The notes beneath the pieces are model-generated. The model was not told the origin of the DNA, ran no database searches, and saw only the letters and a list, made by a program, of their open reading frames with translations. Shown here in pieces: positions 11,720 to 25,279 of a stretch of 64,000 nucleotides of DNA (its first letter is position 1; each line of letters opens with the position of its first letter). The DNA comes from Vicugna vicugna (Eukaryota), in assembly GCA_013265495.1 (NCBI GenBank), contig MU058844.1, forward strand, positions 8,369,260-8,433,259. The letters run 5' to 3'. The translations under genes were made by a program, and so were the position numbers.

Positions 11720-13988
11720 ACAGTTCAGGTTAGCTGAGCCCAGCCCAGCAGTATACCAGCCAAGCAGTTTCCTCCTAGGAAAAAATAAGTGTTTATTGTC
11801 ATGTGTTTTTCCAAAGTGCTGTGTTCATTTTTAATGCAGCAGTATAGTGGCACTGGGTAACTGACGTACCCTCCTGCCGTCTCACAGCCACTGAGAAGAA
11901 GGAATCAGAGGCCAGTTCTGGTTTCTCCATGTCTCCTCTCACCAATACTCACAGATAAATCCAAAATGGAAATTGAATTATACTATTTAACCATCATGTT
12001 TTCATAAAACATTAAGAGGAACACAGGGAAACCAGAGCAACTAAATTTATACATAACCACTGGCTAAATTTACTTGATCACTGTCAACTTTCCTTTACAC
12101 TGTGTGGCTTCCTAGTTCCCGGCGCAGAGTCTACTTAAAATAAAATACCCATTAGTAACCATCTTAAAAACATACAGCTATAAGCACATTTTAAGAAAGC
12201 GGTTTTCGTTAAAAATTATTTGCTTATATGGTAAGTATAAAAACTCTCCCTTTCCAGCCCAGACAACAAGCCAAAAGTATCTCCTCAAGCTTGGAAATTA
12301 CTTTTCCTGAAATCAAAAAAAAACATATGAAGTATATAGCTTGAAATCAGAGCTGAGAACTAGCACTTTAAGTTTTCCAAGTGATATTTATTAATATATA
12401 TTGCACAGCGATGGGACATTCTGAACTCTATACCCCTATATACTTCTGCCTTATGTTTATAGTTCTTGGATTCAGCTTCTTTTTTTAGGTTCCTTCTGGA
12501 GCAGAAGGTGTTCAGCATCTGTATTTATGGCAGAATCAAATTGCATCCTCACTGCTAAATCTTTGCTGTTTTTATTTGCCCCAACTAAAGATCTCAACAG
12601 AGATTTCTGAGCCTCTTCCATTCCCAGATCTCTCCTTGCTTTCTCCTATTTTACTTGAAATAAGTCAAGATAATTTTAAAAGCAAATGAATAACCACTCC
12701 TAAAGGAAGCAATCAGAGTGGACAGTTTCCCAGTGCTTTTTCCCTGAGGACTCCGTGGATGCTAGCTTTTCTCTTTACTCCACGTTATAGCAACTTCTTA
12801 CAACAAGTTAATAAACAATCATCTGACACCAGATTATGTTCTGGATAGGCTAAAATGAAAGGAGTCAATTCCCTGAATATAAATAGATGACATTTTTCTC
12901 TTTGAATACTCTAATCACAAACTTTTTAATGATGGACTTTTCACTGTAGCTTAGCACCCTTATCAAATAATTATTTTCCACCCATTACACGCAACAGCAT
13001 CCCCAAAGGACTGCATGGGTTAATCCATGCTTAATAGAGAGCTATTTTGTTTTGCTCACTTCCGTGTTTCAAAGAAGGTACAAGGATGCAAAATACACCC
13101 TGTACCCCAAAGTAAGGATGAAAAAGACTGGCTACTCCAGGTGGGGAGTGAGGGCAAAAGGTCAGGATCTGAAATACTACGGACAGACAGGTGTTTCAAA
13201 GAGAAAACAATGGAGAAGTCCAAGGACAAATTGATAACTTGTTTTTTCAAGATGAAAATATACCTCATGAACACCTGACGGGGGTTTGGGAGGATGATGG
13301 TAATGAAAAGGAGATATGCAGATTTTGTGTTGAAAATGTGCTCTTGGCTGGAGGAGATCTTGCCTTGAGACAGTTGATACCCAAGGGTCTAGAATTGTGA
13401 AGTGGTAAAGGATATTTTCAAACAAGACCTAAAAGAAGAAAAGAACAAAAAGAAAAAAGATCTAAGGTCAGTCAAAAAAAATCAACATCTTGGGAACAAC
13501 TGGAGAGCTGGACCTAAAAATACAGATTGAAAAGAAGAGACAAAAAAGAAATACTGTCACCTGGGTCTGGCCTAGGTGGACGGCAAACATGGTCAAGTGT
13601 GTGAGTGAGTTAGAATGGCAGAGAAGCCAGCTGAGAACAGAACTGTGGCCTTGTCTGAGTAGGATCAAGTGCGTATAGAAACCCAAAGGAAGGCTAATAA
13701 ATCACGATCTGGACCCAGAACAAGGAATTAGAAGTTGAATGGGCTGTTTGAAATCCCAGAACTGCCTCTGCAGAGTAAAAGGGAGCAGATACAGAGCGTA
13801 TGAAATGATTTAATTGTGTGTCAAGAGACATGGCCTTAAGCAGCCTCATGGCCTCGCATAATCACCCTTGGGTGTAGTCACTTCCCTTATACAATGAAAA
13901 GGTTGCATAAACTCATCCCTTTAGATGTCAACTCTCATGCTCAAGGAATCTGATGCTTGTAAAACCCTGGTTGCCTTTAGTCTGTAGA

Positions 13989-14215
13989 CCTGTGTTTCCA
14001 AATGGGGGAGGGGGAATTTGGCCGTATCTGGAGACATTTTTGGCTGTCACGACTTGGGGGGAATGCTACTGGCATATACTAGGTACAGGGCAGGGAGTCT
14101 GCTAAATATTCTATAGCAAACAGGACAGCTCCCACCCCACCCCCACACCCCCGCTCCCTCAACAAAGAATTATCTAACCCACAATGTCCATCGTGCTGAG
14201 GTTGAGAATCTCTGC
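13989..14215 (+). mobile_element. MER20 hAT-Charlie DNA transposon
   Basis: tctggagacatttttggctgtcacgac...gctactggcat...gctgaggttgagaa. Confidence 0.8.
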
Positions 14216-14884
14216 TAAAGGCCAAAATTCCTTTGCATTCAATTCTTGTTTACTGATCAGTTAGTTCTTCAACTTCTCTAACTGGGGTAGAAAATATTGT
14301 TGTAAGCATTCCATTAGAGAGAAAAGGCATAAGCTGGGATCAGAGATTTCTGAAGGAAGAAAGCTTCCCCTTGAAAATACCCACTGATAAGGCAAGAATG
14401 TTGTGACCACGTTTATCATAGAACAGCAATGAAAAAAATTATGTGTGTCCATCATTCTCTACCGAGGCCTATTCAGCATTGTGAACAGATTTTGGGAGCC
14501 AGAAGAGATAGATTCCAATGTGTTTGGTCTTGTTCTGTCATTAGTTATCATTAGAGCAAGTCACTCAGTCACTGAGATGTAGTAATACAGAATTAATATC
14601 TGTTTTACCTTTCATCAGGGTTGCTATGAAAATCAAATGAAAGGAGATCTGAAAGTGATTTGAAAATAGTGCTATAACTATATAAAAAGTGATTTACGCT
14701 TGTGTTTGACATTATTTAAAGCATATTCTCTAGGTAAATCTTATAAAATATTAAATTGAGCTCAACAAAAATTTGAATTCCAATTTGAAGGGCATGGTAA
14801 TAGATATTATCTATACTACAAACAGAAAATCAGGACAAGTAACTTTCTGTCCACTAAGTGTTCCAAGTCTATTTGGGAAAGGTT

Positions 14885-15270
14885 TCAGTTATCTATTAGC
14901 ACAACAAACAATGACAAAAACCTAAACATCATACAGCATTAAATAGTCATTGCTCATGTGTCTAGGATCAGCTGAGGTCTAGCCGGGTGGCTCTGTCTTG
15001 GCTCATCTCACTCATGTGTACCTGAAGCTTGGCTAGCTGTCAGCTAACCTAGGATACCTTGACTGGGGCAATGAGCTCTGTTCATGTGTCTCTCATCCTT
15101 ATGTAGATTACTCTTGAGCATCTTCTCATGTTCATAGTACAAGGCAAGCTTCTGCTTCCTTGTCTGCTCCCATCCCACTGGTCAAAGCATGTCATGTGGC
15201 TGAGCTCAGAGTCAAAGGATGGGTGCAACATTTCATCCACCGTGAGTGGACACTGTGAAGTCACATGGCA
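14885..15270 (-). mobile_element. MLT1 MaLR LTR
   Basis: tcagttatctatt...ccactggtcaaagcatgtcatgtggctgagctcagagtcaa... motifs. Confidence 0.6.
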
Positions 15271-15524
15271 AGGGATGTAGACAGAAGGAGTGGTCAAGAT
15301 TTGGGCCAATGATGGAATCCACTGTAGGAAACAAATATACACAATGGACGATGAAGAGTCATATCTATACCCAATGGAGAGGGTTATACATCTCTGAGAT
15401 TTTCTGCACTTTGAGTTGGATTAATTTACTGAATGTAACTCTGAGCTGACTTCCTTGAAGAGGTAATGATTTGTTTAATGTATAAGAAGGGTCTACACAA
15501 ATGTTTAGTGGTCAGAGGGATGGA

Positions 15525-15900
15525 TGGTGGAAAAGACAGCTAACTGTGCATCAAAGCTGGTGCTTCCCTTTCTCTCTAGATCTATATGGAATCATATGAC
15601 TCATTCTCACCAATGGAATGTGAGCAGAAGTAACTGTGTCATCTCCAGGGTAAGATAGTTAAGCATTCCCTATTCTTTCTTTCCCCTTCTCCTGCCTGGA
15701 GGCAAAGTATTTCAAGGCTCCAGGAGATGATGAAGTCACAAAATGGATAGAAGCTGAATCCTTGAATCTCCACATAGAGGAAAGTACACCACAAGCCATC
15801 AATAAACATTGGACCAGTATGTGAGTTTGAAAGAAATGGTTATGTTAAGCCACTAACATTTTTAGACTTATTTGTCACATCAGCTAACGTTATCCTAATA
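15525..15900 (+). mobile_element. MLT1 MaLR LTR preceded by an internal-region remnant
   Basis: Purine tract agagggatgga then tg; caatggaatgtgagcagaagt motif; ends ...ttatttgtcacatcagcta. Confidence 0.6.
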
Positions 15901-16902
15901 TCATACAATTTTAATATAACACTATTACCAATTTAAAATGTTTTTAAAAGAATTTAAATTGGCCTTTTTTAGAAGTTTATTACAGCTTCTCACCCAAATC
16001 TGAGAAATTAAATCTCTAACACATTGTCACCAAGGGAATATCCACTTGAGTAATTCCAGCAACAGTAAGCTTACTAACTTCTGAAACAACCATTTTTCTG
16101 TAAGAAAATTCTGTCTATAAGGAAACTTTTTCTGAGTTTGAGTTGCATATCCCTAATATATCTACCCATTTGTTCATTCTAGAATTTCTAAGCTTAACTT
16201 TATTCTCTCTTCTAAAGGGCTGACCTTTTATTATTTCAAGATATCTACACATTCTGCCTCCAAGCTATACTGTCTTTTCTTCACAAATCAATCATGCCTT
16301 AAAGAAGATAAACTTGAAACTATTTTTGGGAAACCCAGCAGCAGTAATTACATATAAAGTTTCAATATTCTTTGTGAACTGTGATAGTCACTGGTTACAC
16401 TAACTCTATGACAGGGTAAATTTTACTGTTAGTTGAGAAAACACATTAAAAAAAAATCTTATGTACAGAATGAAAGTCACAGTATATGCTGGGCAAAAAC
16501 AATTGAGATTTTAAGTGTTCCAAACACAGTGGTAGACAGATACCACAAAGACATTTTACAAATATATGGATTTTAGCATGCTATGATTTGATAACTGTTT
16601 GACCTTTTTGTCCCAACATTTTGACATAAAGAAGGATTTGTATTAACTAAGTCAAGTGGAAGAATTTTTAATGTAATTTCTAAGAAATTCTGTTTTTTTT
16701 TTTGAAGTTCTGTAACACCAACATCTTGTATCCATTATTTTTATTTATACTTTTTTCTCCTACTTGAATATTGATTCAATTATGCAAAGCTTCCAAGAGG
16801 AAAGCTTCGTATTGAAAACTTCTGACCCCTTTGTGCATTTTTACTAACAAATCAAACGTTCAGGAGTTTTTCCCTCCCCTTAAAATGCTAGAAAGTGGTA
16901 GA

Positions 16903-16920
16903 TGGCGCCCTCTGCTGGTT
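16903..16920 (-). promoter_or_regulatory. CTCF binding motif
   Basis: Minus strand AACCAGCAGAGGGCGCCA matches the core consensus CCASYAGRKGGCRS, with an intact CpG in AT-rich sequence. Confidence 0.75.
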
Positions 16921-19689
16921 CTCAGATAATGTAGCCAAAGTCACTTGGACAAATTCAGCAACCAGCAGATGTTCTTTATGATGCGTAGGGAAACTTACTA
17001 GCATGAATTGAAAAGTAAACGTTTAAGAAAAATAACAGAACTCTGCTGGCTTTAATGCAGCTTCAAATTCTATATTCAATCATTTCTTTAGTTCAAGCAG
17101 TATGTTTTGGATTTTTACCTCCACCTCCCATCTGTGTTTTACTTATACTTGAGAATAAAAGCAGAGTTGCTATAAAGAGTCAGTACAACACATATTTCCA
17201 ACTTCAAAAACAATTCTTGATAGATTTTTACTTATTACAAAAGGGAGACAAGCTTGGTGTTAAAAAAAAAATTACCGATACCAGGAAAAAAGTGAAGGTC
17301 CCTTCATCAGCACCTTCACTCCCTAGTCCTACTTCACAGGATTCAGATTAATTTACTGTGGGGAAAAAAAAAAGTGTTGGTGTGTGAATTACTTGCTGAG
17401 AATTTTAGGCTTAGTTTATGTAGATTATATTTTCCATGTATGTTGGCTTTTAGAGTAACAGGGGAAAAAAATACTCTTTCCCCGGCCTTTAAGAATTTAA
17501 TACTCAAGAAGACTGCTCCCATACAAACACAAGACAATGCCAAAAAAACAAGCAATCTTTGTAGTTTCTTGGAGTTCATGATTAGATTTAACCTGTAAAA
17601 GAGCTTTCTTATTCAGGATGAAAAAAGGAAAGCAAGAATGAAGAGTATTCTGTGCATGTTAAGTTACAAGTTTCCTAGTGTTTCAAGATAAGGTAATAAT
17701 TTTGCTAGAAATTATTCAAAGAGGAGTAAAATCCTAGCCATATCAGGTCCTTGAAACTGGAAATTTAAAAAAAAAAACTGTATTCTAAGGAATTTATTGA
17801 ATGGGGACAGAATAAAACACCATTCCCCAATAAATGCAAACACTCATTAGAAGATTTAATCACTTTGCCCTAAATTACAGGAGTTTGCTTTCTAGTTAGA
17901 TGTTGGAAGTTTTTGAATTAAGTTTTAATGGTTGCTTAGGGTAGAAAACTAGCTCAACAAAGTGACTCAAGCTAGTGGTTTTCAATTGTGGGTCTGCAGA
18001 CCAGCTCTGGTTTGCCGCAACATTTTCCCTGGTCCATGATGAAATTAGAACGCTAAGATAAACCAAGATGATTTTTCATGAAGCAAAGCACATTAAATTT
18101 AAAGAACTGCACTTGAAACTTTGTGTTTGTGCTATCAAGTATCCACTTTACAAAAAAAATGAATAAAATAAAAATTAATAAAAATAAAATTGAGCAGATT
18201 TGGAAAAAAAAAAAAGGTTGACAATGCTCTGGTTCTCCCCACCCCATGCTTTGAAAATTTTTTTTTCTCATCTTTAAAATACCAAAGACTGTAATCACTG
18301 CCTTGTCAGTCCTTGAATGTTTTCAAAACAGTCGTCACACCCTAACATCTGAACTTGGGATGTAACTTCTGAACTAAGTTTGCTCTGGTCAGAGTTGGTA
18401 CAGCACTCACAAAATCCCCTACTTAATAGTAAGAACATGGCTAAAATAACCTGTGACTTTCCATAAATCCAAAATCTTATAGAACTTTGCATTTTGTGAA
18501 AAGAATTTTTTTTTGTCTTACGGTTTTTGAGAAACACTTGTGAAATCCACATGTATATCAGTGGGATTTATCTTTCAGAATTGGGAGGATATGTTTTGCC
18601 AGTCATAAATGAACTGTAATCCCTGTAGACTCAAGTTTAATTCAAAAACACTCTCTCCAGAGCTGCTAAATTTGGCAGTCCACCGTCTCTCCTCCATATG
18701 CTATCCTTAGGGGATTTTACATACATTGTCCATAATGGTTTCTACTTAGGATGTCTGGAAAAGTAGATATTATGGTCACAGAAGGGCCATTAAAGGGAAT
18801 TTGAAAACAGATCCATTAAGTTGAAGTATTCAATTGTAAGAGTCTTCAAGTTGGATGGGCTATGCTAATTGATATTCAAGGAATAACTCCATCCACTCGC
18901 TGCTTATAATGGCATCTAACTACTCATACTTGTATCACTAACCAACCTGGTTTGATTGTCTCCCTGGAGAGAGGAATATTAGCAGGACACAGCGTGCATA
19001 AAAAGAAGAGCAGATAAACAATGAATTGTCCCGGAATGTGGGCCTCATTTCCATTCCACTCTGTTGTTCGGTGCCTTTACTGTTTCAAATGGCCATCTTT
19101 TTTTCATTAATTACATCAGCTCTGCTTTTGTTATGTCTTGTTGGAAAAGAGGAAAGAAAGTTTCCATTATTTCTCTTCTAGACTGTGGAATGCAACAGCT
19201 GTTGTGTTTTGCAAACATCCAGTCATATCCTAGAATCTCTGGTCAGTTTTTGAGTGGATTTAAAAATACTTTTCTGCACTGTTACACTCACTGTCCCCGA
19301 ACGTGCGAGTTTGGGCTTCTTTTGTCTCTCTGCTCGTCTGTTGTGGCCTCACTGGCTTCCTCCACCTGGCTCTCATTTTCAAGCCTTGTAATAGTTCTCA
19401 GGGGTAACAAAAGTATCCCAAAGGTTTCTCAGCATGGCCGGTCTCAGGCATGCAACACTATTTTTGAGGTTTTGGTTTCGTTTTGTTTTAATTATATTTC
19501 CTTTCCTCCTGTTTACATGATTTTCCGGACACAATCTCTTCTGCCCTGCACGCTGGACAGCATCTCTGTGATCCTTGGCATGTGACACTGGGCAGACGAT
19601 AAGCCTGCAGGTTTACCTATAGCAGCTGCCTTCGTGGGATGGGAATCACAGTTGTGATGATTTCCCGAATGTGGACAGTACTTGGTGAG

Positions 19690-19885
19690 TTTTCAAATTT
19701 GTTCCCCATCCGTTGTCTCATTTGAACCCACAAGGATCCTGTAAAGCAACTAGGATAGATGCCATTCTTCCCATTTGGTAGATGAGGAGAAATATGGCCC
19801 TAAAGAGCTGTGGAATTGGACCAGCCAACCCTGAGTACTAGTAAGAGCTGGGATAGGAACAAGAAGCCTGGTCTTTTGTCTTCAG
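19690..19885 (-). mobile_element. MIR SINE
   Basis: tctcatttgaacccacaag...cccattt..tagatgaggagaaa. Confidence 0.6.
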
Positions 19886-20289
19886 TGTTTTCTCCCAGGG
19901 CATTTTCTTGGGCTTCTTTCTTCACCTGTAAAATGCGAAAACTATTACCTTGGTGTTACGAGGAAAGAATGCAAGAATCTAGGTAAGTGCACAAAGTGCA
20001 TGCTCAACAAATGTTGATTGTGATCCTTTGTCATACAGACACAACAGCTAAATTGGCTGAATAGTACATACATGCAGCTCTCCCTGGCTGCAAGCATCAG
20101 GATATATTGGTCCACAAAGGAGAGCTTTTGAGTAGCCAATGACTGAAATACGATGATTGGCAATTTATGTTGGGTTCCAACTGTTCAGCAGCAACAACCC
20201 TCGTCCCCCTGCTCCCACAAGGAAAATTATACTTAGGCTGATTGGTCTCTATAACAAAACCAGCTGACCCACACAGGATGGTGCATGTG

Positions 20290-20500
20290 TGGATAACAGA
20301 TTCCGGATTTATATCCAGTCTCACCGTTTACAAGCTGTATGGTCATGGTCTGGACAAATGATTTAATCTCTCTGGGCCTCAGTTTTTCCTACCCATAAAA
20401 TGTGGAAATTGAGGCTTAGATGGGTTTGTTGAGGCGACTGAGGAAAACTGTGAGGTTCAACTGAAATTTTTGACCAGGGCACCAAGGTATGGTAGCTATC
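20290..20500 (+). mobile_element. MIR SINE
   Basis: atttaatctctctgggcctcagtttttcctacccataaaatg core. Confidence 0.7.
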
Positions 20501-20571
20501 AGATATGAGACCTTCAAAACACAAGACTATAAAGAAAATACTTGGGTCCATTAAGATTATGAGCCCTTTCC

Positions 20572-21510
20572 TTGTGGGTCCTTTACTTAGAGCACCAAAA
20601 TGGAAAAGCCAGAAGGGCGGGCTGGGATTTGGAGAGGATTTGGCAGGAGACTTTTTTAGGTGAGAGCTGCATTCTCATTCGCCTCCCTGGAGAGGGGTGC
20701 AGTGGTTCAGCCTCCCAAAGCCAGGCCTGGCAGGAGGGGATTCCCTGGAGCCTCTCAGAGAATGTGCTGGGTGTTCCTGAGCCCCATGGACCCCCTTGGC
20801 TTGAGAAAGTGAGAACAGCTGAGGACAACAGAGCAGGAGCTTCCCCGGGGAAGTAACGGCACCTACCCCCGGCAAGTTAAAGGGGCAGGGACCCTGGAGA
20901 CAAGCTGTGGAGACTATGGCTGTGATGTCGGCCCGCGGCTGTTGTTCAAGGGATCCCACTGGAGTACGCGGTCTGACTGGGAGAGGAGACAGCGGGTACA
21001 CAGGACTACCTTGCTGGGGCAGGGCTGAAGGCCAGGCTGGAGGCGCCCAGCCCAAGATACGTGAGTTGCAGCGGAGGGAGACTGAAAGGGTCCCGTGAGA
21101 GTACAGGTCAGCACCAACCCGCACCCCCACAACCTCCAGAGGACATGCAGTACCTTACAAAGTACCTGATGGGGAAAACGTTTCCTCAGCCCCTAATTTC
21201 TCCTTCCATGAGCCTTCTTGCTCTCCAAGTAGCCAACCAAAGGCAGACGGACCCGTGTGGACGTGGAGGCAGGAGAGTTTTCACTTTAAATCAAGTTTAA
21301 ACTTTTGATTATAACACAATGATGGATGTTTTAAATTATAAGCTAGGTTGTGTTTGTGACTTGAAGTGACTGTAGGACTCTTAACTAAATGTAACTTGTA
21401 AAGTCATAGGCTGGCTCAAGATGGCATCCAAACAGGGAAGGGGGCAGCCCCACTCAGCAGGACTAAAAGGAGGGAAAGGGACAAAAGCAGGTTATTCTGT
21501 AATTACATCT
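20572..21510 (+). mobile_element. Possible ancient LTR (LTR78/LTR85/MamGypLTR-like)
   Basis: TG start, GC/purine-rich body and ggactcttaact..., gggaagggggcag 3' motifs. Family is uncertain. Confidence 0.35.
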
Positions 21511-22611
21511 GTGGGGTTTGATTACAATCAGTTAGGTAAAGAACCTTAAATATAGTATGTTCACCAAACGACTAGTATTCTTTTTTTATTGCTCTGAAAA
21601 CCGGTTTTATCTGAAAAGTTAACATTTTGAATTCAAAAGATTAAGAAGAAAACTTTAAATATTTGAAATCTTTCACCCAATAGCATAATAGGAGAGTCAT
21701 CGTGACTTCCAGGATTAAGGAGCGCACCACCTGGTTAAACCGCCAATTAGAAACCTACAGACGTTAGAAAGTTTGTTCTTACAGCAAAACAAAATCCATA
21801 GTCGTGTAATTTCTATCCGTTTGTTCATGTGTTATCCACTCGAGGAATACAGATCATGTTTAGCTGAAATTTTGTAGTTTCAAGGTTTTTTTTCTCTCTT
21901 CCACATATTGGAAGACAGTTACATCTTCCCTTATTCTTTATTTTCAGCCTGAATGTTACTGTTTTCTTCAACTCTTTTGCATACAACGTAGCATCCTTGT
22001 CTTGATCTCCCTCCTCTGCAGGTTTTCCTGTTGGTCAGTTTCCCTCCTCCTGCCTTGAAGACTGGTCCTGGATGTAACCTAATGGCAGAGTTACTTCCGC
22101 CATCATATAACATGCATATTAGGTTCGTGGGCAACTCAAACTTCTCCAGGTATTTGCATAGGAAATATCCCGACAAGTCAGGTCCTCTTTATTCTGCACT
22201 CATACAGTTGGTTATTAAAAAGTGAAGGGGAAAAAAAGTGCCCTTGTTATACTCCATTCTATCAATTTTACCCTAGTTTTCCAGGCTTCTGCAAGTATCT
22301 GGAATCTCTTTTCTGATTCAGACTGGTTTTTTAGAAATTATTTTTTCTCTCTCCCAGCTTTGGCCATGTGATAGGTTATAAGCATCCTATAAATGTGCAC
22401 TTAAGACACTGATTTTAAAAAATTGAGAAGGATAATTATTTTCCAATGAACATACCTGGGTTGTAAAATGTAACCATTTTCATTTTTAGTAGATGTTGAT
22501 AAAATGCATATTTTTAAGATAATTTAAATACAACTGGGTTACAATTAACTTTATATAAGGGAGTCGCTGTTCATGAAGTCACTGTTTAGACTATGTGTAT
22601 AACAGGCTATA

Positions 22612-22675
22612 AGTACACCAGAAATTAACAATATTGTAAATTGACTATACTTCAGTTAAAAAACAAAAAAAACAA
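22612..22675 (+). mobile_element. Very short L1 3' terminus
   Basis: gtacaccagaaattaacaatattgtaaattgactatacttcagttaaaaaa matches the L1 ends near 42010-42055 and 47660-47725. Confidence 0.7.
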
Positions 22676-23684
22676 GCCATGAAACGCATGTGGCAAAGAC
22701 ACCCAGTGTGCAGGGCTGAGCCAGCCAACTGCACGATCCAATTCCCATGCAGGCAGCAGTGGTGATCTCATCGCACTGGCTTGTAGCAGGATTTTGGCTC
22801 AGTTCTGACCTTGTTTCTGCCCACATTCTAAGCCTGGTTTTCTGGCTTTACAGTGCTTCTATGAGCTAAACTTTACTCATTTAACAAACTCCATTTCTGC
22901 TTAAATGTCAGGCCAGAACTATTTACTGTTGCTTACAGCTGAGAGAATATTGCCAACTCTTTCCCCATTGCTACTTAAATGCTTATTTCCATTTCTTTCC
23001 CCAACAATTTCAGAGCAAGATTTAACACCTCTGTGAATACACACATTCATACATATGTAGGCACTCCTGCAAACGGAACAACTGCTATCCCAAATGAGAT
23101 TCAATTTCGTTTTGTTTTGTTTTGTTCTGAATGTCCAGGCTGCTTCTTCAGCTAGGAAGTTCAGCAGAAAGGGGCCTCACAGCCTTCTCACACTCTGTAT
23201 TCTTTCCTCTTTCTTACTCTGCTGTCAGTTTCGTTTAGATTTTGTTCCCATGTTTATTTCTCACGCAGGCAACAAAACAAAACCCAGAAATAAAGAAATA
23301 TGATATCAGTGGCAGTTAAAATGAGCAAATTTAGCAGTGATCAATACTTGGAGGAGAAAGTTGCAGGTGGATGTTATACAAATACACAGTAGTTCTTATC
23401 CTATCGGAAGTGAGCATTTTCAGCCCCACATATACATGTTGTCACACAAATAAAATAAAAAGAATGCATTGCATGCTTGCTGTCCTGCTGGACTTAAGCT
23501 CCATCCTGGCTCCTTTAGTTTGCTTTGCATATTTATGCTCTAATCCATTGACTGTGTAGCTTATAATTTGTTTCTCAAAGGACAAATTTATTTCTTTCAC
23601 TTGATAGTTTTTAGGGAAAGGAATGTCATTTTTGGTACATAGCTACATCTTAGGAGTATTTGACACAAATATTCAAAAGTAGCT

Positions 23685-24520
23685 GAGTTGGGAGTCCCTA
23701 AAACTCCTAGTCACCAGTGCTAATGTGTGTGCACAGGTGTTTCCACACTACCAACAAACAATTCTCCAACATCAGCTGCGAGTCCTACAGTTCAACTCAG
23801 TTCTGACACTCCCTAGAGAATAGCACCAGCGCCCACAGATTAAGGGCTCAATCTCACAAGATGCCCTTCCCACAGCAGATGCCAATCACAAGCCCCCGTT
23901 GTTACCTGTGCTTCTGAGCAACCAGCTATAGATTGGAGGTTCCAACAACACCCCCTGGCTGGGTTCAATTAATTTGCTAGAGCAACTCACAGAACTCAGG
24001 GAAACAATTTACTCGTTAGATTACCTGTTTATTATAAAGGGTATAATTCAGGAACAGTCAGATAGAAGAGAGTGGAAGGCAAGGTACAGGGAAGTGTCAT
24101 AGAGCTTCCATGTCCTCTCCCAGTGCACCACTCTCCCCAAACCTCCAAGTGTTCACGAACCCGGAAGCTCTCTGAATCCCGTCCTTTTCGGTTTTTATGA
24201 TGGCTTTATTATAGTTGCATGATTAATTGAATCATTGGCCACTGGTGATTGATTCAACCTCCAACCCAGCTCCTCTCTCCAGAGGTGGGGTAGATTAAAA
24301 ATTCCAACCCTCTAATCACAGAGCCGGTTCCCCTGGCAAGAAGCACCATTTAAGTGCTGACAAAAGTTCCCTTACTAACGTAAACTCAGGTGTGGTTGAA
24401 AGGTGGTTGTTAGGAATGTTAAGACAAACATCACTCTTATCACTAGGAAATTCAAGATTTTCAGGGGCTCTGTGCCAGAAACGCGGAGGAGACCAAATAC
24501 ATATTTAATCACATGTCACA
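23685..24520 (-). mobile_element. MER21-family solo LTR
   Basis: agttctgacact...aagggctca...aatttgctagagcaactcacagaactcagggaaaca...ctctgtgccagaaac hallmark motifs. Confidence 0.75.
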
Positions 24521-25279
24521 TTTTTGTTAGTTTCTAGTAACTTGCACCTGAAAAACCTGAATCTCAGAACTAAGTTACAAAATGAAAAAGAAAAGCATCT
24601 CAGACTGGAGTCCCTGGGTCCCTGCAACCTTGGTATACTTCTGAACAAAGCGCCTAATCAGAACCTCCGAGGGTAAGCCTCTAGCATCTCACTCTTACAC
24701 TGTTCCCAAGTCACTTCAATGCACAGCCTCTGGGGGTTAGTGGTCTAGGAGAAGGTCAGTAACACTGTGACGGACTTACTGGCATTGCTGGCCTGGTATC
24801 CCTCTCTCTCCCGGTGCAGCCATCTTGATTTCCTTCTGGGGAACCACGCTCCTCCACTGACAGCCAATAGCTCAAAAGGGGCTGACCCCAGGCGGCCTGC
24901 TCTAGGGGGAGATAAGTAACCCAGGCTTAGTCAATTCATGGTGATTGGTTCAGGGATAGGTAACCAACCCAAACTAGCTCAATAAGGCTGAGATGCAACT
25001 CTTATTAGAACTGTGGGTGAAGAGATGCATTCTTTCCCTGGGATTTCACTAGGCTCAGGCACTAGAATCACTAGGTTAGCCTGGGGAGCAGGGGCACCTA
25101 CAGGATGCTGAGCTGAGTGCAAAGTCAATTCAGAGGAAAGTAGAACAAGAGTGGGTGAAAGGGACAGAGTGAGTGAGAGAGCAAGAGCGCTAGAGCGAGG
25201 ATCGTGTGGCATTACTTGAGACCCTGAATCCACCTGTGTCTGAACTGGATTGGCCCTAGGACTTTTCAGAGCCACAGTG

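Noticed and set aside
13027..13686. Several overlapping 60-83 aa ORFs in purine-rich sequence
   Set aside because: No splice signals or homology; probably decayed repeat or neutral DNA.
19064..19585. Longest ORF in the track (173 aa)
   Set aside because: Non-ATG start, Leu/Ser/Phe/Cys-rich composition typical of random mammalian DNA, and no recognisable domain or splice context.
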